A DNA stretch of 64,000 nucleotides from Balanoglossus misakiensis (lineage: Eukaryota; Animalia; Hemichordata): contig CM082594.2 in NCBI GenBank assembly GCA_040954595.2, positions 10,048,296-10,112,295 on the forward strand, given 5' to 3'. Each line of letters starts with the position of its first letter. The stretch's first letter is position 1. Below are positions 26,601 to 38,800 of this stretch, piece by piece. The notes beneath the pieces were generated by a model. That model searched no databases. It worked only from the letters and a program-made list of their open reading frames with translations, and was not told where the DNA came from. A program made the position numbers and the translations under genes.

Positions 26601-28524
26601 TATCAACTCCTGTTCAACTCCGACGAGTTCCTTGAGCGAACTTCTCGGCCGCACTTCTTTGGGAACTCTATTGACAGCGTGTGCATCAATGGTCTTCCAG
26701 ATTATATGATGAGAAAGAATATATTCCTCTTCTACCTACCGCCACACTTTTGTTACAAACACAATAGAGGTGATGCAACAATACAGGCGGCTTCAGCAGG
26801 CAGTTTTTTGTGTTTGTGCGGAGTCAAACTGCCAACAAAGCCGAATAAAAGTGGGAAGTCTCATGTAAATGTCTTTGAAGGATGATGTGCTTGAGTAATT
26901 TCGCCTTGAAGAAGTCAGAATTATCGTTAATAGTGGTACTTTATAAGAATGTGTTCTTGAAACTATTGTTGGGACGTGTCGTTAACAAAACAGAGTCTTC
27001 TTTTGTGTTTGGTGATTAATTGGGGTTTGAGTGAATAACGATGATGGTGGTAGCCGCGACCAGGGTGGTTTTGCAGATCCGCCGCGATGTTTTAATTCAA
27101 AGAAGATTAATTAATTAACGATGGGAAATACACGCTTCTGTGCACTTGCGAGTGTGTGTGTGGCGTGCACGTCTACTGCTTGTGTTTGTCTGTGTCAACC
27201 AAGACACGATGGAAGAAGACAGACTACATGTAGTGGTTTTTGTGACGGGGGTCTGGAAAATTGACAAGTCCGTCATCTTTTTCAGGACAAGTTACACGAC
27301 CCAGAAAGTATTTCACTGGCGACAACAGTTTCCGCGCGATCACGTCACGATGTTGAATTGTTTTGAATGTTGGGTTAAACATCCGCTCAGTTAATCACAA
27401 CAGAAGGGATTAGACTCTTGTTATCAACAGGAAACAAATTATTGTCAACCTGATATGTGCCCAGTGCGAAACGAACAGCCACGGGCAATTTTTTTCCACA
27501 ACTGGAAACAGTGAAACTTCCAGAAACTTCCTGCTATGAATTCATCGCACCCTAATCGCTGTACCCGGTCACAAAACTATTGTTAACTAAAAATAAACGT
27601 TAAGTGAACACAAAAATGTCATTTTAAATTGCGAACGACGAGAAACAGCCACATAAGGACGATTGCAAACACACGCGTAACACAGTAGTAAATCGTGCAA
27701 TAGTTGATAAAAACAAAGGTATCTCATAGTTATGTCGTTGGGGCGCAAATCAACGCACATGTTGTAACCAAGGTGTCCTTATCATCGACGATGCTGTGCA
27801 TATTGTCACTGCAGTACTACTCAAGCCTTAACAGCTTTAGGGCCAGCATTTTTTACTTTTCCAATCTTTTCACTGCAGGTGTACACTGTGTCTGGGGCGC
27901 CTGTTTTCAGACCCGACTATGAATGCAGCAACGGTCTTGTTCATGTGGTCAAGAAAGTCATCTATCCAATCCCAACTGGCATCAATATTGCGGAGTTCTT
28001 TGCTGTAGATCCAAGATTCTCAATGCTCAATGAATTATTGAAGGTAAGAATTCTCGTCTGCCAAATAAATCACGAAATCATGTGATTTTTCAAACTTGTG
28101 TCGTCATGACTACACACTTGACTGCATTTCTTCTCCACTTCACGTGTCACAGAAAGTCAACTTAACCGGTGTCCTGGCTACGAAACCCGAAAGTCCACTC
28201 ACGGTGTTTGCACCCAGCGATGACGCCATCAAGAAGTTGACACCCGACCAACAAACCAAACTGAGCAACACCACGTATCTGAATGAGACCCTGCTGACCC
28301 ACGTGGTCGGCGACGCCTACTATCGCGGTGGCTTCTACGACTTCAAGATCTTCCAGTCGGTCACTGGGAAGGAGCTGGTGATGGAGGTTGGCGCTGGTGG
28401 CACCAGCGTCCAGCACAAAATGCTGGTTGGTTTCGACATCACTCTCACCAACGGAGTTGTCCACATTTTGTCCGAAGTGATACTCCCACCGACCATGGAG
28501 GGACCAGCAGTGTTCTTCAATTAG
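23610..28524 (+). CDS. secreted fasciclin (2 x FAS1 domain) protein, TGFBI/periostin-like family, ~328 aa
   Basis: Exons 23610-24059, 27879-28043, 28153-28524, all phase 0 with GT-AG boundaries; hydrophobic signal peptide; H1 motifs YTVFVPDNEAF and LTVFAPSDDAI, YH motif LRYH, H2 motifs NGLVHVVKKVIYP and NGVVHILSEVILP. Confidence 0.88.
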
Positions 28525-28768
28525 TCTTGGTTTTATACTCAAGACAGCTTCTCATACCGCGAAGTTGATTCAATAGTCAAATTAGATGGCAAATTAGTAT
28601 AATCCAGGTTGTACAAATTGAAGGATTTCTGACTGACACTTGTGGAAGTATACCAAAAACAAATTAGAAAACAGAAATGTGATTTTGTTTCCATGGTTAC
28701 CAATTCATACACATTTGTAGTTGTATGCAATTTTTCACTCTTTTCCAGTTTGTAACACTTCTTTCTGC

Positions 28769-28778
28769 AATAAATAAA
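28769..28778 (+). terminator. overlapping AATAAA polyadenylation signals of the fasciclin gene
   Basis: AATAAATAAA ~245 nt after the stop, followed by GT/T-rich sequence. Confidence 0.6.
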
Positions 28779-31700
28779 CTTTGTTGATTTCCTTTCATGC
28801 AGTTTGTGTGTATTTGTTTATGTTACTTTATACTATTCTTTCCTTTGCGCCACATACAGACATACGTACAGACGCAACTGACTCCATAAGGTCCCATGGT
28901 ATATACTGTACATGTATACATACCAAAATGGGACCTAAAAATGATAATTATCCCAAAAGTTGCTGCTCATGGGGCTTTAACTCTATTATCACTAACACTA
29001 CCTTTGCTGACTTCTGCCTTGTGAAGCTTACAGCATTAAATACCATGGTCTATGCTTTATACAGGAATATCTTCAGTCCCATGGAGCCCTGGGTAGGGGA
29101 AAAAGGATTTGCAAAAGATGACACCAGAATTCAGGAAGCAAGTTTATAATTTATTTTGCAATAGCTGTGAGTAGTCCATTGAACAACAGAGATTGCTGTA
29201 CAGTAACAAGAAAAGTTGAAACCTTAATATAAGGCTGTTACAACGTTAACAAACACCAAAATAATGCACTGGTGAAATTTCAGAAACAGATAAATACTAC
29301 ATTCAATGTAGGTCATCTACAGCTGAACAGAAAGATTATGCACAAAAATATTTAAATATTCTTTATTACAAAACAACATTTGCTTCCCAATAAAGTTTGG
29401 GGATTTCTCCCACAGAATCTAAGAATGGTAACATCTCTTCTGATTGCTTTTATACAGTTATTCTGAAGGCGATGAAATTTGTTCGATCGTTCGAAAAAAC
29501 GGTTTTGGGCTGAAATCGGACAACACTGTGTCTTATATCCAGATGTTGTCATGGGAATACTTCCAAGTAGCATTACAAGTTATTGGTTAATTTTTCACAG
29601 GGCACATCAGGCGTCAAATACTGAAGTTACAATCGTTATTTACAAAGTTTTAAATAGGGATCTCACGTGTAAACATATAACATTTAATTTTGAACTTTCT
29701 CCCCAGTGGTTAACATGTCACATTGTACAATGTACAGTAGTATATAAGGCCCAAAGAAATAGTAAAAAAAAAAATTGACTTTTATCGTGTACAAACCGAG
29801 TCGCAGGACATTTTATTTTCAATTCTCAAACTAAGTTTCATGATTGTCTTCTGTCTTCATTAACACTATTTACTTTACAGCATGAATTTGTGACATAACC
29901 ACATATCTAGAATAATTCTGTACTAATATATACAATTTAGTTAAACCTGGCTTGGTGCATGCACTCACCAAACATCAAAGACACGAAAAGAATGAACCTG
30001 AAAAGCACTGTCATGAGATACTTGACAAAAATTATAAGGAGAAAAAAGACCCTGTGTTTTTAAAATTATTACTGCATAATTTTCACATCTCACCAGCATT
30101 TCTTAATTCCAATATCACAAGGAATAGAGTTATCCAAGTATTTTTCATTTTGAAAACTAGAATTTCACCCTCATCAGCAGACTTTGGTTCAACTGAATCG
30201 TTTTCAATAATGTGGTTGTACTATTACAAGTACAGAAAAGATGACATCATCTTTGACCTGTTTTCCGGAGTGAATAATCCTACTTTCTCGTGACGAAAAA
30301 GATCGATACTCCAAAGAGAAAACTAAACAAATAAAAGAATAAAATATGAAACGCACATACACATGACGTTACTTATCTGGCTGTATTCCAGTATTTGACA
30401 TTGTCAACAAGCAATAAATAAATACAACACATAGTAATAATTTGAGAAGATGGATGGTTTTCTCCGTGTCAAGGAAAGTGCTTGATGAGGTGAGCTGAAA
30501 ATGACAACAAAACGACAACTCCTTAGACCCAATACAGCCCGGCTACTCTACAGTGCTACGAGATGATGGATGGACCTTAATCATCCTAGCGTTTAAAAAA
30601 AATGAGCGCCCTCAACGTAGGCAAAGCCACCCTTGCCACAAGTACACTCTATGTAGTAAGTGAAGGTAGAATCTCTTTCATCAGAGACATGTGAAAACTG
30701 GCAAGGAATGAATATCAGACAGTCTTCGTTCAGTGATTATTTCCCACCAAATATGATAAGTTCACCTGCAACCAAATATTCTCGCTAGCCATTTATAACC
30801 TCTGAAGAGATACCTACTTCGACTGATATAAATAGAGTGTACTTAGCAATCCACAGAGAATGAAAAAGCAAGTAACATTTTGAAACTAATAAAAAATTAA
30901 ACCCTCTCCTTTCCAGGTGTAAATCTCTCTCATTTGGCATAATTCGTCATCAAAAAATTTAAGTATGATCTGATAGCATGATGAATCCATGTGATCAATA
31001 TATTGATTATTGATCGATTGGTCTTGATTACTGGAGAAATCATGCAACGGATGATTCACTGGAAGAGAAAGAAGCAAGCATACAATTATACGTTACCATG
31101 GGAATGAATGGAATGGTTGGGGGGTGGGAGGGACTATGGGTAGCAGGAACCACGATTTGGAGGGGGTGGGGGGTCCGTGAATGTCTGTTGTCAAGGCCTC
31201 ATCATGTCAATCTATCAACATAAAATACTATCTCTCTTCAATCTGGTAGATTATCTTCGTGTGAATTCAAATAATCGTTTTGTTAACCAAGTGGAAAAAA
31301 TGATTCCCCTTTTCTTATATTTCTCACGTTGAAAATTTGAACACGTAGGAGTTTCTTGTTTTAATTTCTGTGATGAAGTATTTGCTATTTGGACTGGTGC
31401 AAACAAGCATGACAACTGACCAATATGAGATCCCAGGCACGCAGATGATACCCAATGCAAATGCCATGGACACCCACTAAACCCAGAGACCCTGGCACCA
31501 ATGACACAGTAGGGGAGGAGAAAATGGTGTTTTTTTTAAACGACGATGACTGTGTTGTCTATAATAAGGTTTGGATGGACTCTCTCTCATTTTATAGAAC
31601 AGCAGACTGTTTAAGCCCTTAGTGGCTAACTCTTCGTGTTGTTATTTCTGTACAATTGAGACTGAGTATCTGGGTTAGGCTTTTCGGTCATAACCATGTA

Positions 31701-32815
31701 GCTTCCATGTCTGAATCCTTGAAAACAGAAAGGATAACACAGCATGCAAATAAGGAACGCACATCAAGGAAAATCGCTTGTCATTGAATCTACACGCACA
31801 AGGGATTGTCATGCACTATTCTATGTCTCAAAGGAGAAACACTCAACAAATTTTACAGTATCAGAACTTTTTTCTCTATGATGAATTCTCAGCATCAGAT
31901 ATTTCTCAAGAGATTTTTTTCAGTCGATTTGAAAATTAGGTGGCCATTTTCAAACAAGCAACAATAACAGTGCATTTCTGCTACAGTACACATCACTCGA
32001 TTTGACAGGCTTTCACAAGTTTTATAGGATGCATGCTGACTGTATCGACATGTATGTCAAAATGCTTGTGCCACAAAATCCTAACACATGATTTTAATAC
32101 AGAATCACAAACATCACCTTAGCATTTCCTACAAAGACTTTGCAAAAGCCTGTCAAAATGGTGGCAAAAGACACAAGTGAGTCTTTATATTAAAAGAAGT
32201 GCAAAAAACACAAATATGCCATCTCAAGCATGCAACCTAGGGGGTCAACCTAGCTGAAAACGACAACCAGTCTTATGATGTTTGCATTAATCCACAAAGA
32301 TTTAACTGAACAATGTTAACAAGCACAGACTACAAGAGACTATTTCTATCTTTGGTTACTATGAGCTACAGACTAAATAAGTAGTGTAGTGTAGTGCAGC
32401 ATTTAAGAAAATATAATTACGTCATGCTGTACTATTTCACAAGTTAGGTTAAAGCATTACACAACATTACTGTGTTAATACACAAGATTAGAAGATATTG
32501 TGTTGTGTTACATGTGCATAGTTGACTAACTTACAGGATGCTCTATAAAGCTGAATATTTTAAGTTTTTTTAAGCCAAGTATAACAGATTTGTGTGGTTC
32601 TGATTTTTTGGATGCCTACAAGGTATAAACTAGCAAATACATCTTCCCAATAACAACCTTCCCTATTTTGCAAAGAATTTTATTCAGAGCCACACAATTG
32701 TTTTTCCTTGGCCATCTATGAAAACCCATTAGACATACAATGCTGGGAATATTTATCACAAGGCCATAGCACCACAGGAAGGGATGAGAGTTCTACGTCA
32801 GGGAAAGGTTTGACT

Positions 32816-35800
32816 CTAATTCCGTCTAAATAACCGGAAGCGTTTGCTTTTCCGTTTGGGTTTACCTACCAATTCGGGGTTGGTTTGTTCTTCTGTTTCG
32901 GTCGTTTCAGTTGTCTGTTTGGACAACTCTGACACCGACGTTTCTCTCTTGGATTTCAGCTCCATGTCTTCTGATGCTGAACCAACTTCAGTACTGTGAT
33001 TTAAACCACACACGAAAAACATGGTTTGAGATTGCCAACAGCTCAATCAGATTTGGTGCTTTCCAATAGTGTCCCAGACAGGATCCCCCAATATTCTAGC
33101 AAAGGGGGACATATCCCCCTATAAACCATACACAAAGCCCTCATCCATAACTGTATTTTGTGAATAACCCTGTAGTACATAAAAGTAATAGAATCTTACG
33201 TTTCTGTGGCAACAGCAACATCAGCTGTTGACAGTTCCACAGGGTTCACTTGTATTTCAGTAGAGACCATTTGAACAGAGGTCACAGTTTTGGTCTGGGA
33301 GACCGTGCGGACAGACGAAGCTGACACACCATCTGTTGCCATTGACGACACTTCAGTCGTCCCGCCAGCCCCGGGGCCTGTCTGTGTCAACACTTGAGCG
33401 GACCTCAAGGCACTGGGCCCAGGTACTGTTTGACTGGCTGCTGCAGAAGTGCTAGCACTGGGCTGTGTGTGAATGGCCATGGAGGTGCTGGCACCTGGCT
33501 GTGTTGTGATTGCTGGCATTGAAGTAAATGAAGGAGGTGTGCTCGGTAGGATATCTGGTTTGGCACTATCTAGAAAATAAAACGAAAAATAATTAACGGC
33601 CAGTGTTAAAATGTGCTAAAAATACTTTGATCACACACATGTACAATGTAAGTGATATTTAGAACAGGTACAATGTTTGCCAAGTACAAACTTCCGTGCT
33701 AAATGCAGAGTTTTTTTTAAGTTGTGATGAATAACTGTGTGAGTGCTAACATCATAGCTATAACGAATTGGGATGCCAACACTCAATAAATGTACCACTG
33801 ACTACTGGTATATTCAATCTGCAAATTCTTACTTGTACTTGTGTCTGTGGCTGACGGCAGATGTGTCATCTCTAACGATGTGGGCTGTGTTGTGCGAGGA
33901 GTCTTGGGAACATAGCCACCACTGACACCTTTCTTTTTGGAAGGTGAATGCTTGATTGCTGAAATCAAATGTATACCGTAAATAAAATTTCTTCACTGCG
34001 GAAAAAAATGGATGCAATCTTTATACCCATACCAGGACAGAACGACAGAGACCTGACCGTACCCATGAAAAATTCACTGAAGAAGATTAGCACCACCGAA
34101 TCTTGGGGACTGTTTTGTAATTGTCCACATATTACACACTGTAATGATACCAGATCACCCTTCAAATTCACCTCAAATATTAAAACATGTTGATTATCTC
34201 CAATAGGGCAGTAAGGCATCATCAATGTGAGTATACAAGTTGGTCACAATAAGAACATGCATTAAACCTCTTGTCTGAGTGAGTGTGTCACCTTTGATTA
34301 GAGACAGTGGATACAGTCACCCCCTAGCTACACAGTAAGTACTTATCATGCAAAGGATAGTTCTGTGATCCTGAGGTCAAGTCCATGTGGCAGTCATCTT
34401 CAAAACTTGGGACAACTTTATAGCAATCACTGGTATGATGTGATGCAACAACGTCTAATCATAGTGCCACATCAAAGTTTGAATTTTTTTTTCACAGTTA
34501 CAGTTAATGGAGCTTTAATCAATGTTCGGTATGGGATTCCCAAATGCAGGTAGGCACTTGTCTGTGGATAGACAGGCATCTGAGTGAAGATGTAGTGAGT
34601 TTGATATTAAGATGTACACATGCAATGTCTACTGACAAGTTTCCCTGCTCTACCCCTATATCAGTTCCACCTAACAGATAGACTAGTGATGGTCATGCTT
34701 AGATTCCAAGTCCCATGCATGGATAGGAAGATTTGGTCAAAATAATGTAAAATTAATTATACCAGTGAACTCCAAAATTAGATTCCACTATGTTAATGAA
34801 TGAATTAATTAATTAATTAATCAAAAATAATTACTTGAATGCCTAGTTGTTGCTTCCCTAAATGAAGTAGTTTTATTGAGATCAACTAAACACAAAAAAC
34901 AGAGAAACGAATGCATATGGTGAGATGATGCTACTAGATTACGCACCATGCACGCACAGTTCAGATATTTGATTTGCATCAGTCTGAAATCCAACAATTC
35001 TTTTTTTCTTTCAAAGTGATTTGTCTAGACTTAATACACTCAGTAAAAGTGGCATATTTGGGCATGCAAATTTTGATGTAAATTTTAATTGAAGTATTAG
35101 CATATTCTTGTAATATATTAAAACAATACCAAACATTCTATATCAGAGAAACCTTTACCAGAACAAAATCAACAGGCAGGAGAAATTTACGTTTTAACCA
35201 TACTGGTTGTACTTCTCGACCAGAAGTGATTTCAGCCATATACTGATTCAACCAAATATCTCTGTGCACTGATAGTATCCAAATCGTTAGCAATGACAAA
35301 ATGAATAAAAACATCGAGAAGAGACCTCGGACATTGAAACTGAAAGTGGGATAAAAAATGTTGGAGAGTGTTAGAAGGGAAATGAAGAGAGAGCAAGATG
35401 GAGGAGAGGAAGTACCTTGTCCCCGACAGCATCGAAGGGGATAGCAGACAACTTCTGGAATCATCAAGTGAAGAGAGATAAAAAAAGAGGTACTGTACAG
35501 ACATATTACACATGCTTGTCTATTGAATGGGTCAGTAGTCTACAAGCTTGCATGCAAATGGGTCTTAGTTATTGTGGCTCTATTTAAGGTAGTACATGCC
35601 CTCATGGACAGATTTGCAGAAAACAATTTTAGTACTTTAAAACCTTTCAATGCTTTGCCATCTTGAAGTGTGCCAAGAGTCTTTTTCGAAAGGTTAACAT
35701 TGCTATTCTTGAGACGATGTACCACCTTAAGAAAACCACACCTAGTTGTTTGGCAGTACCGGTACTACAGTGATTAAACACTACACATGACACATGATAC

Positions 35801-38800
35801 ACACATGGTCACAAAAGTAGCAAACATTTAAGGAGGTTGAATGCAGCAATTACATGGACACCCAGGTTATGAAATACACCATACACTACAAGAACCATCC
35901 ACAACAACCATAGGTCTTCAATACCCAAACCCTTGACTTTAACCCTTTCACCCCCAGTGCAGTACCCTTAAAGAAGTCCAAGTCTACCATAGAAAACAAT
36001 GGATTTGGACCAAACCATGGTAGTGAAAGGGTTAAAAGTAGACAATTGATCTGTATGTTTTATCAACTATCACTAGAGTGCATTACCCGAATAATATTTA
36101 CTAGTATTCTTCATAGAGTAAGTAGACAGAACTGACCAATGAATTGAATTGAGGTGCACAGGTGAAAGGTTACAGGTCATAGGTCAAAAATAGCTACATG
36201 TATGTTTCTGTACCAAAATCTATTACACATAAACAAGTACCAATACACAAGGTTTCAAAAGTCTCAACAATATAATTCAGGCAAACTGATGCAAAGCAAA
36301 GTCTGAGGTTCTCATGTATGAGGCAAGAACATCTTTTGTCTGAGTCAATGCTTGAGAAAAACCAAGCAAGTGTGGAGTGACATGGATGCCTCTAGGAAAT
36401 GTTTGACAGAAAGATCAACTTGAATTTGTGTTCAATGAGAACCTTAAAGATTGCTTTTTCGGCATCCGTACAAGTAACATGGCATACGTACACACCACAC
36501 TAAACTGGGACAGCACACAAAATAGGGATCACATATTACAATATGCTGCGGCAAATCATCGGAAAAAAATCACAGAGTAACTATCCATGCACAGTCAAAA
36601 AAGATGCACCACACACGGGATGAATGGCAACGAGATTGTGCTCCTCAGAATTATAGTCTGATTTGCTATCCAATGAGCATTTGTTGAATCTTTTAAAAAC
36701 TTGTATGGTGACTTTTTCCGCACAGAAATGACTGCCATCCAAGGTTTTAAAATAGGCTCTATGACAACCAGTAGGGTGGCATCTTTGACTGAAACTCTAA
36801 CTGATATTCAAAGTTTAACCAACTCTACCTGGTATTTTCCTAAAGACAGTTTTGGCCATGAATTCTTGGAATCGAGTTGCATAAAAGTTTGGTCTACAAA
36901 CAGATACCGTTTCCCCGTCGTGTACCATGGCCTTGAATGTATGTTCCAGTTTCTTCTTCAATCTAAAATAAAAATCAATACATTTTAAAAGTAGAAAACA
37001 TGACATTATCACACATGAATCATAAGAAGGTTTGTTGCTAAACTATCCTGATTGGTCATGACATCTTTGGTGTATCACTCCATGTGTAACTTACTTGTAA
37101 CATTGTAAAACATCTATGATTCCCATAAAGAGAAGAAGTCTTTCTCCTTTGGCATTTCTGGCTGGAATACCTCCAGTTCTGTAACAAGAAAAAAATTCAA
37201 TATTATACCACGAGTTGCCAACATCTTGTATATCTAAGGTTCCTGAACACAAAGAATTTGAATGGTTAAAATCCAATATAGCCAGTACATAATATGAGGT
37301 TATCCCATGGTGTTAAGATTACCTAGAACATTTCTTTACAATAGTGAGAACATTACCACAGTCAGCAACTTACGGTTCTTCTTCGATTTCACCTTTGTCT
37401 TCCGCTGGGTCTGATGTCGTTTCTGCTTGGATGATCTCCATGGGTGTGGAGAATGCAGCCACACGCTGCCGGTTGTAGTATGACCTGGATCGTTCCAGAC
37501 CCGGCCGACTGCTGCTGGCTTGGCTCTGCGAGGTGCTAGGTTCTGCCGTCTCCTCGCCTTCGCTCCTGGCGTTGGAATTTTCCCCTTCTTCACTTTTTGG
37601 ACCGGTTTGTTTGAAGATTCCCGAGGGGTTGCCTTCCTCAACTGAACTTCTACTTGAACTCTGTGAAAATGCACAAGAAATTGTCACAATGGAAATGATT
37701 GCTACACGTACAAAATATATATGGGCCTATTGTAATTTAAAGGCGAGGTGTCTTGCCTATTCATGGCAGATACAGCTATGTTACTGTTTAAAGTTTTACT
37801 TTATCAGACTCACCTTGTTATTTTCTCTTGCTGCATTGTCTAAATTATGAATTCCTATAAGTAAGCTATAATCCATGATTTTAAAACTTTCTAAAACCTG
37901 TAAACCAAATACACAAGAAATAATTGATGAAGGAAGTTTGCATATACATCAAAGAATGCAGACTGAAGACATTGGCTTCCATGAAATAAAAGCAGGTTAC
38001 AGTTAACTCTTTGAACCCAGCTCAGAAAAAAAAAAACCCTTCCCAATGACATTACAGGTCACCAGGGGAGGACAAAGTTCAAAGGGTCAATAACATACTC
38101 CAGCAGGCGTTCCATGTGCTTCAAAGAATGCTACCAATGCACACGTACTTACCCTACAGTCTTTCATCATTGTTTTCTGCACCGCATTGTAACTGGGCGC
38201 ATCTAACATGATCCCCTCTGGGTGCTCGTCCATAAAATCTAAATCCTTCAACGTCGGACTCCGTTTACACCTCTCGTATTTTGACGCCCGCCTCTTGTAT
38301 GTCGACCCTTTCACATCGAATTTCTGATGCATTTTGATACTTGACGGAAGAAGATTGTTCATTACAACTAAACGGATGTTTTTACCGCCACATTGATAGC
38401 AATAGAGTCCGTAAAATTTAGGCAACAGTGTCCTGGGGTTTTGATTCAGGTTCTGTGAGAGAAAGAAATATTGTCAGAAATATCTGGAATAAAAGTGATT
38501 CTTGGAGAAACAGCGTTTGTCAGGAAATACCTTCCTAGCTGCCTGCAAAGTCCACAAAAGTCAAGGTTCACAAAGTCAAGGTTATGTGTCAAGGAATTTT
38601 TCCAGCTGTTCTTCAGAAGGGAACTGGGTTTGGGACAAGGTTTGGTTTAGACTGGTTTTACTGTGAACTAGAGTGAATTTCATGTCATGTTGATCACCTA
38701 CCATGTAATATCCAGGAAGCAATTTCTGCAAAAATTCAGCCTCTTTATGTTGAACAGTTTTCACAATAAATTCATCATCACTTGTTAAATAAAACACACT

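Noticed and set aside
33783-33832. SSQWYIY* resembling the PIP5K1C talin-binding WVYSPL tail
   Set aside because: Lies past a good GTAAGA donor at 33827-33832, so it is intronic, and the match is poor.
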